From the sequence record MZ475893.1: a stretch of DNA of 64,000 bases. One strand, given 5' to 3'. The position numbers and the translations under genes are program-made. The notes beneath the pieces were generated by a model, which searched no databases, was not told where the DNA came from, and saw only the letters and a program-made list of their open reading frames with translations. The number at the start of each line of letters is the position of its first letter. The stretch's first letter is position 1. This document shows, piece by piece, positions 17,917 through 27,457 of the stretch.

Positions 17917-18961
17917 CGAATCTGCAATGATCGACGAAGACGTTCTCGAATGGCTCGAAGACCTGACCCGTCATAAGTTGCTGGACGTGATTGGCTTAAT
18001 CAACAATCTGATTTTCGTCCATCGTCCTGTTCTCGATCTGCCGACACTCGGTACGGACGAAGATGTAGCAGCACTGTCGCACGCTGACCTGACAACGTTG
18101 TTCCGTCTGGTTGCACCAGAATGCTCTGTTGATACAAACACGCTGAGCAATCTACAACTGCTTGGGCTTATGCTCAATCAGAAAGGCGTTGTTGTGTTCT
18201 CGCTGCCAAACAACAACAGCCCTATTCTAACTGCCCGTACGTTCAACGTACCTAATAAGCCGCAACGTTTGAACCCAGCTTCATCTAAGGGTGAGATTGC
18301 TACTGCTGTTAGCGCGTGGCTATTCGGACTGTTCCCGCTTGAGCTACGTTCTGATCAAAACGACATGCCGCGTGAGAACGGCCTGTACCTTGCCAAAGAC
18401 GAGCACGAACAAATTCGTTTCGGGCGTTTGTTCCGTAACGGCGCAGAAGGTGATGGCTGGACTTTCTGCGAAAGCTATTCTGATGCTACAGCCACTTACT
18501 GGCATCACAGCGATTCTCCTGTGGACGACGAACTGCCTATGAGTTTGCTGCATAGCTGGCTGCAAGTCTCTGCAACCACTTCACCAAACGAAGTGCATAA
18601 CGAAAACGTCAGTGTTCTGGTAACTGACTCGCAGCGCATCTTTGCTTTCCTGCGCAGTCTGAGCCAACACGTTAAAGCTGAGCTGGTGGCCAACTTTGAT
18701 GGCGTGCTTAACTCGACACATAGCAGTGTCGAATCTATCGGGCGTCTGACGCGTGCTGACTGGACAGCCGCTGCCGTAGCAGTAGCAGATGATAAAGACA
18801 TGAAGGACGGACTTGGCTCATGGGAAGAACACAGCGCGTGGGATTGTTTCGTGGCTACGTTGCAAAGTCTACGCTTCAATTTTGATACACGGGAATTCGA
18901 CCCGATGTATGACTATGGGAAACACGACAATGAGACCGATATTGATCGAGGAGACGAATAA
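17909..18961 (+). CDS. hypothetical protein
   Basis: AAGGAAGG RBS; 350 aa. Confidence 0.8.
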   Translation: MNNESAMIDEDVLEWLEDLTRHKLLDVIGLINNLIFVHRPVLDLPTLGTDEDVAALSHADLTTLFRLVAPECSVDTNTLSNLQLLGLMLNQKGVVVFSLPNNNSPILTARTFNVPNKPQRLNPASSKGEIATAVSAWLFGLFPLELRSDQNDMPRENGLYLAKDEHEQIRFGRLFRNGAEGDGWTFCESYSDATATYWHHSDSPVDDELPMSLLHSWLQVSATTSPNEVHNENVSVLVTDSQRIFAFLRSLSQHVKAELVANFDGVLNSTHSSVESIGRLTRADWTAAAVAVADDKDMKDGLGSWEEHSAWDCFVATLQSLRFNFDTREFDPMYDYGKHDNETDIDRGDE

Positions 18962-18968
18962 ACTAAGG

Positions 18969-19148
18969 ATGGCCTACGCACTGACTGCGATATTTCTATC
19001 TTGGCTTGAGCTGAGCATTGCAGTTCGGTATCTCGACTATACACAGATTTTTGATGCGCTGATCATTCTGGTTAGCGGTGTGAATCTGGTGATTGCTTTT
19101 ATCTCGTCACTTGATGAGGTAGACCATATCTTTTCGTGGGAAGATTAA
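18969..19148 (+). CDS. small membrane protein
   Basis: AAGGA RBS; two hydrophobic stretches. Confidence 0.6.
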   Translation: MAYALTAIFLSWLELSIAVRYLDYTQIFDALIILVSGVNLVIAFISSLDEVDHIFSWED

Positions 19149-19149
19149 A

Positions 19150-19356
19150 ATGAAAGACATTGTGCTACACACAGCCCTTTTATTGACCATGATCGTTGTT
19201 AGCTTTTTGACTCTTCACTACATTCGCTTCCTGAGTCTGGGCTACTATATGCTGATCACTATGACAGCATTCGTACTGGCCGTGTATGCGTGCAAGCGTC
19301 TCGCATCTGCTGTCACTAAAAATCGTTTTAACAAAGTGAGAATCAATCGTGGCTAA
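19150..19356 (+). CDS. small membrane protein
   Basis: Two TM helices, basic C-terminus. Confidence 0.65.
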   Translation: MKDIVLHTALLLTMIVVSFLTLHYIRFLSLGYYMLITMTAFVLAVYACKRLASAVTKNRFNKVRINRG

Positions 19357-19894
19357 ATCTTTCGGTGTGTACCTGACGTTCATTCTGCGCCATCGCCCGC
19401 AAGACATTGGCATTGCAATGGACACCCAAGGCTGGGTATCAGTTCCAGACTTGCTCGAACGTGCTCAATACAAGAAGCAGCCAATCACGTTAGAGATGTT
19501 GCGTGAAGAAGTTGCTACTGATGGTAAAGGCCGCTTCCAGTTCAACGCTGCCCACTCGCGCATTCGTTGTGTGCAGGGACATTCAGTTGAGCATGTGATT
19601 CTTAACCTCAAGCCATACACGAATCACAATGACCCGCTGTATCACGGAACAGCCAGCAAGAACGTTGCGTCTATTCTTGCGCAGGGAATTCTTCGCGGTA
19701 AACGTAAACACGTTCACATCGCAACCAACACCGCTACTGCTAAGCAAGTTGGTCAGCGTCACGGTGAACCTGTTGTGTTTGAGATCGACACGTATGCCAT
19801 GATCGTTGCTGGCTATAAGTTCGAACAAGCCGAGAACGGTGTGATTCTTACCGAGCACGTTCCATCCCGATATCTAAGGTTGGTAGAGTTATGA
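19349..19894 (+). CDS. kptA: RNA 2'-phosphotransferase Tpt1/KptA
   Basis: LRHRP..MDTQGWV, IRCVQGHS, LYHGT, RKHVH, NGVILT motifs. Confidence 0.92.
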   Translation: MAKSFGVYLTFILRHRPQDIGIAMDTQGWVSVPDLLERAQYKKQPITLEMLREEVATDGKGRFQFNAAHSRIRCVQGHSVEHVILNLKPYTNHNDPLYHGTASKNVASILAQGILRGKRKHVHIATNTATAKQVGQRHGEPVVFEIDTYAMIVAGYKFEQAENGVILTEHVPSRYLRLVEL

Positions 19895-20298
19895 CTGAAC
19901 AACGAATGAGTTATTGCGGTTCACGTTACATCCGTACATCTTCTGGCAGGTGGTATTTGCTTTTCGAACGAGCTGCCTGCTTGTGCATCAATCGTCATGG
20001 TACCCAGTACTGGCGAGCAGGTACGCAAGTGTGGAAGGATGTGTCTCTCTCAACTCGCGCCACTTTGGAGAACGAGTTTATCAGTCGTACCCGCAAAGAT
20101 TTCAAGGAGTCGAAGTCTGCGTACAACAGATGGGGCAAGGTGATTCGTACACTCATTCTAGGTGCAGGCACTAACGAGCATCTCCACGATTTAGCGTCGA
20201 TTCTTGAGTCGCTGAGACAGACGCATATAGGGCGCAAGCAACAGCAACTGCGCACTACATTGGATGAAATAGCTATTCAGTCGAGAACTACCCTGTGA
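19891..20298 (+). CDS. hypothetical protein
   Basis: Coupled ATGA start. Confidence 0.7.
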   Translation: MTEQRMSYCGSRYIRTSSGRWYLLFERAACLCINRHGTQYWRAGTQVWKDVSLSTRATLENEFISRTRKDFKESKSAYNRWGKVIRTLILGAGTNEHLHDLASILESLRQTHIGRKQQQLRTTLDEIAIQSRTTL

Positions 20299-20304
20299 TA
20301 TAAT
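20252..20304 (+). promoter_or_regulatory. box promoter P4
   Basis: GCACTACATTGGATGAAAT-28 nt-TATAAT with TG extension. Confidence 0.75.
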
Positions 20305-20355
20305 AGTAGCGAACGCTAAACAGTCTCGTTTAGCTACTTACATGAGGATATGTAT

Positions 20356-20457
20356 ATGATTAACAACTACTGCCCGTTTCGCGCTGTGATGTACCACGCT
20401 TCAATCATCCTTCTCGCCATTTGCTCTGGCGTTGTTTTAGCCCACGCACATTTCTGA
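20356..20457 (+). CDS. 33-aa hydrophobic peptide (below ORF-track cutoff)
   Basis: GAGGA 7 nt before ATG; MINNYCPFRAVMYHASIILLAICSGVVLAHAHF. Confidence 0.55.
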   Translation: MINNYCPFRAVMYHASIILLAICSGVVLAHAHF

Positions 20458-20470
20458 GGAGAATATTAAG

Positions 20471-21610
20471 ATGATGCGCAACTTCACGGCAATCCTGCCA
20501 GTAACCTGTAATGCCGACTGTTCATTCTGCCCTGAGAAAGAAATGGAGCAGAAAGCTACGAACCGCCAGTGGTTGACTAACCTCATCTCGCAGATTAATG
20601 ATCATGCTGGTGAGTTCGACCACGTTTCAATTTCTGGCGGTGAGCCTACGCTCAAGCCAAAGTTCCTGTTTGAAGTGATCGATGCGATTCGCACTCAAAC
20701 GGATATCGATAAAGTTGGACTCACGTCTAACGGTCGCTTCCTGAATAAGCAAGACAGCATTTTTCAGTTTCTTGATCTGAACACAGACGACATGCTGGAA
20801 AGCAAGCTGTCCCATCTGAATATCAGCCGTCATTCATTCGATGATGCCAAGAACAACGAGATCATGAAAGTGCGTTACACGTACACGCTCGATGATCTTG
20901 TGAAGTTTAGACGTCAACTCGGCACGAAGCTGAGCTTCCACATTAACTTCGTTATCAACGAGCACAACATCGATAACATTGAGTGGGAGTTTGCACAGGC
21001 TAATCGATTCATGATGGAGAATCCGTGGATCGATGTAGTGTTCCGCGTTGACTATGCAGACGAAAAGCTGAATCGTCGTCTGCGTCGTTACGGCCTGTCT
21101 GTGCAAGCGTGGCGTGATGCAACTCGCGGCTCTATTCGTGATGAACGCATAGCGCGTGAGAAGCTGAAAAAGAAACCCAAACTCGTTCAGTTGTTTGATG
21201 GAGTGTTTAGCGGTACAACACAGGACAATGACGGTACATTTACCGATGCGTGTCCAAGCTGTTTCGTACATCGCAGCCAGAAGATTCATAACAACCACGC
21301 GTGGCTAAAAGCGTCCTCGTACGAACCGAACGTAGACGAAGAGGAATACACTGAGTATGTGTTCCACATGGACGGCGAACTTTACTACGACTGGTCGCGT
21401 GCTGAGCCTGTGCCTGCCGTAGAGAAGAAGCCGCGCAAACACAAAGCCATTCGCATTATCCAGAGAGAAGTGGAAGAAGATGATATGGATGAAGACATGC
21501 CTGCATCTTCTCGTATGGGTTGTCAGTATAGAACTGTCGGATGTTCTTACGGTGAATCAGAATCTGCTGGTGGCTGTTCATTTAGATCTCCTGGCAGCTG
21601 TAGCTTTTAA
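20471..21610 (+). CDS. radical SAM protein with Gly-Cys repeat tail
   Basis: CNADCSFC (CxxxCxxC), ISGGEPTL, LTSNG. Confidence 0.9.
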   Translation: MMRNFTAILPVTCNADCSFCPEKEMEQKATNRQWLTNLISQINDHAGEFDHVSISGGEPTLKPKFLFEVIDAIRTQTDIDKVGLTSNGRFLNKQDSIFQFLDLNTDDMLESKLSHLNISRHSFDDAKNNEIMKVRYTYTLDDLVKFRRQLGTKLSFHINFVINEHNIDNIEWEFAQANRFMMENPWIDVVFRVDYADEKLNRRLRRYGLSVQAWRDATRGSIRDERIAREKLKKKPKLVQLFDGVFSGTTQDNDGTFTDACPSCFVHRSQKIHNNHAWLKASSYEPNVDEEEYTEYVFHMDGELYYDWSRAEPVPAVEKKPRKHKAIRIIQREVEEDDMDEDMPASSRMGCQYRTVGCSYGESESAGGCSFRSPGSCSF

Positions 21611-21623
21611 TTAAGGAAAGATT

Positions 21624-21860
21624 ATGTCAGACCCAAAACCAAAACCAGAAGTAACAAAAGCTGATCTCCAACATCTGCTGCACGTAGCAGGTGCGTATGA
21701 AGGCAACGACCGCCATCGCTGGTACGCAATGTTCATCGTGCTCAAACTGAAACGTCAGATGGACGGTCAGAACCTGCCGCGCTCTTGTGCCAACATTACG
21801 CATGAGAGCCAAGACTACGAGATCGAAGAGGCTTGCTACAAGCTGGGGTATTTATCATGA
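21624..21860 (+). CDS. hypothetical protein
   Basis: AAGGA RBS. Confidence 0.7.
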   Translation: MSDPKPKPEVTKADLQHLLHVAGAYEGNDRHRWYAMFIVLKLKRQMDGQNLPRSCANITHESQDYEIEEACYKLGYLS

Positions 21861-22222
21861 AAGAGCGCCGTAACTATTACTGGGATAGCCCGTTCTATTA
21901 CGGGCTGATACTCTGGCGTAAGCGTATGCGCAATGTCGTGCTGTTTCTGATTGCTATCTTAATCTATCATGGCACGCACGCACCCGTAGTTGAGAACATG
22001 TGGATGTGGACAGGCACTATCTTCGGCATTCTCTTTCTCGTCTGCTATATCAAGATGTGGGAATACGAGCGCATGATTCTCGAAGCTATGGGGCCGCTGA
22101 ATAATAACTGCGTTATCGGTGCTCTTAACTTTGAGAGTCTTGAGCGCCGCCATGCTGTTTGGTATCGGAAGAAATTTAAATCCGAACCACCTAAGACTAA
22201 CACGTATTCGAGGGAAAACTAA
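21857..22222 (+). CDS. membrane protein
   Basis: Two hydrophobic segments; coupled ATGA. Confidence 0.7.
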   Translation: MKERRNYYWDSPFYYGLILWRKRMRNVVLFLIAILIYHGTHAPVVENMWMWTGTIFGILFLVCYIKMWEYERMILEAMGPLNNNCVIGALNFESLERRHAVWYRKKFKSEPPKTNTYSREN

Positions 22223-22584
22223 TGCCACGTATGTTCACACAGACTCATCGCAACAAATATAAACTGACCGAAGCTGATGCAGACTATCACGGTGATGCCT
22301 GCGAAGCTGTCTACCTTGAGGGTATGGAGTTGCTCAAAGAGCTTCACTATCTGAAAGGGCTTCTGCATGATCGTCACATTGCAGAAAAGCCGATGCCCAT
22401 TCCTCCTGAGTCCAAGCGTTGGTCAAAGTGGATGGCTTGCACGAAAATGTCACAGCTTGATGTGCGCTCCACTGACCGTCTGCGCAAGCGCTATCGTCGT
22501 GTCATGGAAGAACTCAAGATTGCCCGCGTATCTTATACGTTGCTTCACACAGCGCGACATGCACCGGCGGTTGAGGTTAAGTAA
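22222..22584 (+). CDS. hypothetical protein
   Basis: TAATG coupling. Confidence 0.7.
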   Translation: MPRMFTQTHRNKYKLTEADADYHGDACEAVYLEGMELLKELHYLKGLLHDRHIAEKPMPIPPESKRWSKWMACTKMSQLDVRSTDRLRKRYRRVMEELKIARVSYTLLHTARHAPAVEVK

Positions 22585-22865
22585 TGCAGTTTACTTCAAA
22601 AGAAGAAATAGACGAAACGTATGCAATGGTTGTTCATGCCATGCTGGCCGCCCTTGTGCCTGACGATACTCGCACAAAAGACCAACGCGTTCTCGACTAC
22701 GTGGCGAAGCACTTAGCGCCCAATAACATTTTTGACAGGGATCTGTTTAGCATTACATTTGAACATCGGTTCAAGTTTCAAACAACACACAGGATGATGC
22801 GCAATGCTAAAGTAAGCGGCGCACCTTTTCTATATCTAAAGCAGGCTCATAGCCTAAAGAATTGA
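22584..22865 (+). CDS. hypothetical protein
   Basis: TAATG coupling. Confidence 0.7.
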   Translation: MQFTSKEEIDETYAMVVHAMLAALVPDDTRTKDQRVLDYVAKHLAPNNIFDRDLFSITFEHRFKFQTTHRMMRNAKVSGAPFLYLKQAHSLKN

Positions 22866-22875
22866 GGTTAGTATC

Positions 22876-23139
22876 ATGGCAGTAGGTTTCGCCAAAGATG
22901 ATGACGTGTCCAACACCGTCGAAACAAACGTGCTGAATGAAATCGACCGCGCTCGTTCTGAGTTGCGTGGCGCTGGTAGTTCGCACTGTATCAACCCTGA
23001 CTGTGGTGCAGAGATTCCACTCATGCGCCGCGTAGCAATGCCGAACGCTCGCTACTGCGTTAGCTGTCAAGCACACCATGACGGTACGCCTGCTGTTGGC
23101 TACAATCGTCGTGGTTCCAAAGATTCTCAACTGAGGTAG
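22876..23139 (+). CDS. ybiI: YbiI-like DksA/TraR C4 zinc-finger protein
   Basis: CINPDC..IPLMRR..P.ARYCVSCQ; C-terminus GYNRRGSKDSQLR matches YbiI as recalled. Confidence 0.88.
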   Translation: MAVGFAKDDDVSNTVETNVLNEIDRARSELRGAGSSHCINPDCGAEIPLMRRVAMPNARYCVSCQAHHDGTPAVGYNRRGSKDSQLR

Positions 23140-23141
23140 TT

Positions 23142-23273
23142 ATGTGCGACAACAATGAAGTACCTTGTGTGAGATGCACTAAGCCCACACCTGTTGTTGA
23201 TTTGGGTGGGCCGTACGGTGATTTGTGTGATGACTGTGTAACGCTGATGCGTGAAGAACAGGAGGAAGAATGA
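23142..23273 (+). CDS. 43-aa CxxC/CxxC zinc-finger peptide (below ORF-track cutoff)
   Basis: MCDNNEVPCVRCTKPTPVVDLGGPYGDLCDDCVTLMREEQEEE; GAGG RBS; stop overlaps next ATG. Confidence 0.65.
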   Translation: MCDNNEVPCVRCTKPTPVVDLGGPYGDLCDDCVTLMREEQEEE

Positions 23274-23452
23274 AACTGTCCGAATCTGAGTTAGAGTCTT
23301 TGCGCTTTCGTATGCGTCTGCGTGAGCAACCCAAGCCAATGCCTGACACGCACAAAATGCCAGACAAGAAGTTTGACAGTCATAAGCTGGATAAGTCCAC
23401 TGATATGACGCTCGGCGATGTTCGCCACCACTTCCCTCCAAAAGGAAATTGA
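23270..23452 (+). CDS. hypothetical protein (60 aa)
   Basis: GGAGG RBS. Confidence 0.65.
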   Translation: MKLSESELESLRFRMRLREQPKPMPDTHKMPDKKFDSHKLDKSTDMTLGDVRHHFPPKGN

Positions 23453-23453
23453 A

Positions 23454-23786
23454 ATGGAAGAGATTCTTGATGTTGACAGCAAGATGTATGCTGTCTATGA
23501 CGGTCACGTTGTTACCAACTATCATCATGAAGGCAGCGGCGTGATGTACATCGAAGACAGCTTCTGGCTCAGCTTGAATCTGCGCGATGATCTTTTCCCT
23601 GCGCCAGCAACTCGTTTGGCGCATTACAAAAACGTACACACGCGTTCTATTGATCGCGTTCGTGTTAGCACCATTCAAGATATACGCGAATCCTTGTATA
23701 AGGTTCGTCACTATATTCGTTGGTTCGAGTATATTTCCGAAGATAAGCTGCAAGGCTTGCAGCACCTGTTCCGCGAACCTGATTAA
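23454..23786 (+). CDS. hypothetical protein
   Basis: AAGGA RBS. Confidence 0.7.
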   Translation: MEEILDVDSKMYAVYDGHVVTNYHHEGSGVMYIEDSFWLSLNLRDDLFPAPATRLAHYKNVHTRSIDRVRVSTIQDIRESLYKVRHYIRWFEYISEDKLQGLQHLFREPD

Positions 23787-23884
23787 AGGTAACGCTCATG
23801 TGTTCTGCTAGTCAATTTCCTCAAGGACGAGGTTAAGATGCGTATCTGTAAACGTATACAACAACCCAACTAAAGGTAGCGATC

Positions 23885-24250
23885 ATGATTTCTCGAATCA
23901 GTAATCTCCTCTTTGCCGAATCAATGTCCGTTGAGCAGTTAGCGCAGGCGTTGCGTATTCAAAACTTCAACGCGACTGTTCGTGGTGAGTTCAAGTTGGT
24001 TGCTGGTACTAACTCCAGTGGCTACATTACTTCTGCACTGTCAGGCCCTGTCGAAGTGCTGCGCGACCTGAAAGGCGTTCAGACTTTGAAAGATGCAGGC
24101 TTCTCTGACCCTGACATTGCACTCGCTCTCGGCATCGACCGTTTGCGCCTCAAGAAAGTTTATAACGAGGCACGCAAGAGCAACAAGAAGCCTGTTGAGC
24201 CGGCTCCAGTGCAGCGTACCTCTAAAGCAATTTCACTCGACGATCTGTAA
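23885..24250 (+). CDS. putative HTH protein
   Basis: LKDAGFSDPDIALALGIDRLRLKKVY. Confidence 0.6.
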   Translation: MISRISNLLFAESMSVEQLAQALRIQNFNATVRGEFKLVAGTNSSGYITSALSGPVEVLRDLKGVQTLKDAGFSDPDIALALGIDRLRLKKVYNEARKSNKKPVEPAPVQRTSKAISLDDL

Positions 24251-24260
24251 GGAAACAATC

Positions 24261-24965
24261 ATGACAAGTAAATTTGAAAAGTCGGATGCATCTACTCGCC
24301 GCGCCGAACTGCTGGTACTGATGTGTGAGATCTACACGTCACTGCGTGACCAGTCGTTGTCTGAGTCAGAGACAAAAGCCTTTGCGTTGTTCAAAGACAT
24401 TATGGATTTGGCTGACGTGCGTACCGTCGATGCCGTGTTCTCTGAAATCGAACACGAACTGGACCCTAAAGTTGAAGGTCTGCTGAATTATGTCCACAGA
24501 ACGTTTATGCTGCATGACACTCTGTGCAAAGCTGAGGCAGAAGCCGCAGCAAAGCTCAAAGCCGAGGAGGCGCGTGAGCATGTACGCAAACACACGTACA
24601 AACCGCCTGTGGAAAAGCTCATTAGTAAAGAGCAGATCACCGAACTGTGTGCAGGCTTGACTGCCTACGTTGAGCGCGAAGATGTTCGACCTAAAGTCAA
24701 CGTCGATCTTATCGATGATATCCTCGAATCATTGGATAAGAACTACACGTTCATCGACACGCTCGATCTGTCCAATCACCTTGAAGGTGAAGATCTGAAA
24801 ATTGCCGTCAAGCTGATTGAAGACGCAGTGACCGAGAGCCACCAACCACTGAAAGAAGTCATGGACACTATCTGGTGCCACATGGCTAAACGCGATTTAC
24901 CTGCCGTTGACTTCTTTGACCAATACGGCAATGCCGAAGATGAGAACTATGCACTTGCACCTTAA
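24261..24965 (+). CDS. hypothetical protein
   Basis: AAGGA RBS. Confidence 0.8.
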   Translation: MTSKFEKSDASTRRAELLVLMCEIYTSLRDQSLSESETKAFALFKDIMDLADVRTVDAVFSEIEHELDPKVEGLLNYVHRTFMLHDTLCKAEAEAAAKLKAEEAREHVRKHTYKPPVEKLISKEQITELCAGLTAYVEREDVRPKVNVDLIDDILESLDKNYTFIDTLDLSNHLEGEDLKIAVKLIEDAVTESHQPLKEVMDTIWCHMAKRDLPAVDFFDQYGNAEDENYALAP

Positions 24966-25146
24966 ACGTTATTGGCGGGCACTCATTGTATTGCTCGTCG
25001 TTTTCATCATTAGTTGTTTGCTGCCCATTCTTGAAGTGCGCAACCCAACACTGACTCTTATCGTAGTCGTGATTGTTGCCTGCTACTTCATTGCAGTCTG
25101 GGCATACAAACCTGTTAAAGCAATTAAGGAAGAGTTGGATGACTAG
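24931..25146 (+). CDS. small membrane protein (start uncertain)
   Basis: Two clear TM helices. Confidence 0.6.
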   Translation: MPKMRTMHLHLKRYWRALIVLLVVFIISCLLPILEVRNPTLTLIVVVIVACYFIAVWAYKPVKAIKEELDD

Positions 25147-25696
25147 TCGTAAGAACGAGGTCAAGTTGACTGACGCTGAGATAGCCGCAGGCGCACGGCA
25201 GATACTTGAGATGCTGGTTAGTATGCGTCTCAGTGCGCATCATCAGGATGTCGGCTATGAAACGCTGTACACCGATTCTTTGGGTGAGACGCAGGGCGGT
25301 TGGTACGTAGCATTCGACAGCATGAGCCGTACTCGACTCAAAGAATCCAAAGCTGTGTCGTGGCGCAACGTCGGCATGGTCTCTGGTGATTCGCTCGAAG
25401 ATGTTCTCACAACGCTGCGAACGCTCCGCCGCGATATGTCCAATCGCGTACATGCGCCCACACCAGAAGAACGTGAGCGCGTACTCAACTTGCGTGATAG
25501 CAACATACGCAACGCACTGACTAAGTTCCACAAGGGTGAGTCGCTGTCTGATGGTGAACTCAACCTGAGCATTAAGCATTTTCAGTCGTTAGAGAATGCG
25601 CTTCGCGTAGATGAGTTGTTGCAACTTGCAGCACCCTACATTACTCAGAATCTCAACGTGCTCTTAGGATATAAAGAAGCACGCCGTCGCAAATAA
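25139..25696 (+). CDS. hypothetical protein
   Basis: AAGGA upstream; overlaps upstream stop. Confidence 0.75.
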   Translation: MTSRKNEVKLTDAEIAAGARQILEMLVSMRLSAHHQDVGYETLYTDSLGETQGGWYVAFDSMSRTRLKESKAVSWRNVGMVSGDSLEDVLTTLRTLRRDMSNRVHAPTPEERERVLNLRDSNIRNALTKFHKGESLSDGELNLSIKHFQSLENALRVDELLQLAAPYITQNLNVLLGYKEARRRK

Positions 25697-25701
25697 CAAT
25701 C

Positions 25702-25732
25702 GGGAGATCCCTAACAAGGGGTTTCCCTTTTT
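25702..25732 (+). terminator. intrinsic terminator
   Basis: GGGAGATCCCT-AACA-AGGGGTTTCCC-TTTTT. Confidence 0.8.
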
Positions 25733-25752
25733 GCATTTCTGGAGCAAATTTT

Positions 25753-26733
25753 ATGCGTTTTGGTTTCGCCTGCAAACTGCTTGATGACAACGGTAAACAA
25801 CCGTACACGAACAAGAGCCTGAGCTATGCTCACTTCTCCAAGCTGTCTCAGACAGAGCAGCAAGAAAAGCTGGTGCTCGTCGTCACACACAATCTGACCT
25901 CGTTGCTTGAGATGATCAGACACGTTGGCCGTCTGCGCACCGACTTGCGCATGTTTCGAATCACAAGCGAATTACTTCCGCTATTCACGCACCCGATGGT
26001 AACGCGCATGTATCTCCAAACACACATGACCAAACTGACAGACACGATGTTGGCAACATGTGGTGCAGCGGCTAGACGTCTTGGTGTTCGACTGTCATTC
26101 CACCCTGGTCAGTTTACCGTGCTTGCGTCTGACCGACCCGACGTTATGCTCAACTCGATTAACGAAATGGAGTATCACGCCTACTGTGCGCAGGCTATGG
26201 GCTACGGTCGTAAGTTCCAAGATTTCAAAATCAACATTCATTTGAGTGGTCGTCGTGGTGCCACAGGTTTCAGAGACGCCTACTCTCGTCTAAGCGATCA
26301 TTGTCGCAAGATGATCACGGTAGAGAATGACGAGTACACTTCCTCGATCGAGGATTGTCTTGAGCTTGCCGACATTTGTCCTGTTGTTCTCGACATTCAC
26401 CATCACTGGGTAATGACTAACGAATACATTCAGCCGACCGATGATCGTGTTCAACGTGTCATTGACTCGTGGCGCGGCGTTCGTCCTGTTGCGCATTACT
26501 CTGTGTCACGCCCAGAGTTCATACCGTCTACGGGTCTGCCTGATCAGAACAAGCTAGAAGCAAAGTCTGCCTCGCTGCGTGCTCATTCTGACTACTACCA
26601 CAACGACAGCGTAAACGAGTGGGCCCTCAGCTTCGAGCAATTCGACCTGATGTGCGAGTCTAAAGCGAAGAATCTAGCACGCACGAAACTAGCCCTTTTT
26701 AAGGGCAACTCTGCACAAATATGGTCAAAATAA
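25753..26733 (+). CDS. uvsE: UV-damage endonuclease UvsE/UvdE
   Basis: RFGFAC, MFRITSELLP, RLSFHPGQFTVLAS, ENDE, LDIHHH, HYS motifs. Confidence 0.92.
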   Translation: MRFGFACKLLDDNGKQPYTNKSLSYAHFSKLSQTEQQEKLVLVVTHNLTSLLEMIRHVGRLRTDLRMFRITSELLPLFTHPMVTRMYLQTHMTKLTDTMLATCGAAARRLGVRLSFHPGQFTVLASDRPDVMLNSINEMEYHAYCAQAMGYGRKFQDFKINIHLSGRRGATGFRDAYSRLSDHCRKMITVENDEYTSSIEDCLELADICPVVLDIHHHWVMTNEYIQPTDDRVQRVIDSWRGVRPVAHYSVSRPEFIPSTGLPDQNKLEAKSASLRAHSDYYHNDSVNEWALSFEQFDLMCESKAKNLARTKLALFKGNSAQIWSK

Positions 26734-26766
26734 GGCTTGTTTTAGAAGGTGCCCCTATGATACACT
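26713..26766 (+). promoter_or_regulatory. box promoter P5
   Basis: GCACAAATATGGTCAAAAT-29 nt-TACACT with TG extension. Confidence 0.75.
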
Positions 26767-26817
26767 GATTACGAGCACTGTATGCTCGTTTCTACTGATT
26801 CAAGAGGATAAGACAAT

Positions 26818-27114
26818 ATGTTCATTACAACTCTAAACGCAAACACTGCGAAACCTGCACCGAAAGCAATCAACCACATGAACCTCGACCTTGCACCTTC
26901 TGGTCGCATTTCTTGTGTCTGGCCTGGCGCACTCGATGTTCCTGCGAACATCAAACGTTTCTGCCGTGCTTGTGAAATCATTACCGACCTTGACCCATGT
27001 ATGCGTCTTCGTTTCAAAGGTCGTCGCTCTGATGTTCTGGCGCTCATTACCAAGATCGCTCCTGACAACCCTGACCTCGCAGCGCGAATTGCGGGCACTA
27101 TCACTGAGGCTTAA
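26818..27114 (+). CDS. hypothetical protein
   Basis: GAGGA RBS; first ORF after P5. Confidence 0.75.
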   Translation: MFITTLNANTAKPAPKAINHMNLDLAPSGRISCVWPGALDVPANIKRFCRACEIITDLDPCMRLRFKGRRSDVLALITKIAPDNPDLAARIAGTITEA

Positions 27115-27115
27115 A

Positions 27116-27379
27116 ATGAAAATCCCCTGTCTGAATGCTGTGTATGGTATTACGAACACCAATACTCCACTCGTGGATAAACGCGGCTTTCGTTGTGTTG
27201 AATCGAAATATGTTGACGGAACGGAGGTTAGATTACAGCGACAAGCCCATGACATTCATGAACGTGTGGTAGTGGCCTATGACCAGTATGGTCGTGCAGT
27301 GTATGGAACACTGACTCCGCCCGCATCGTTCGAAGTGCGTGACAGCAAGGAAAGCGACCAATATAACAAGGCGCCCTAG
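27116..27379 (+). CDS. hypothetical protein
   Basis: GAGG RBS before ATG 27116. Confidence 0.65.
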   Translation: MKIPCLNAVYGITNTNTPLVDKRGFRCVESKYVDGTEVRLQRQAHDIHERVVVAYDQYGRAVYGTLTPPASFEVRDSKESDQYNKAP

Positions 27380-27457
27380 CAAGCTCACAACGAAGCCATA
27401 GAATGAATACTAAGAAGTCTAACAATTCATGCGCTGACCTACTCGTGGGGTGTCAAA

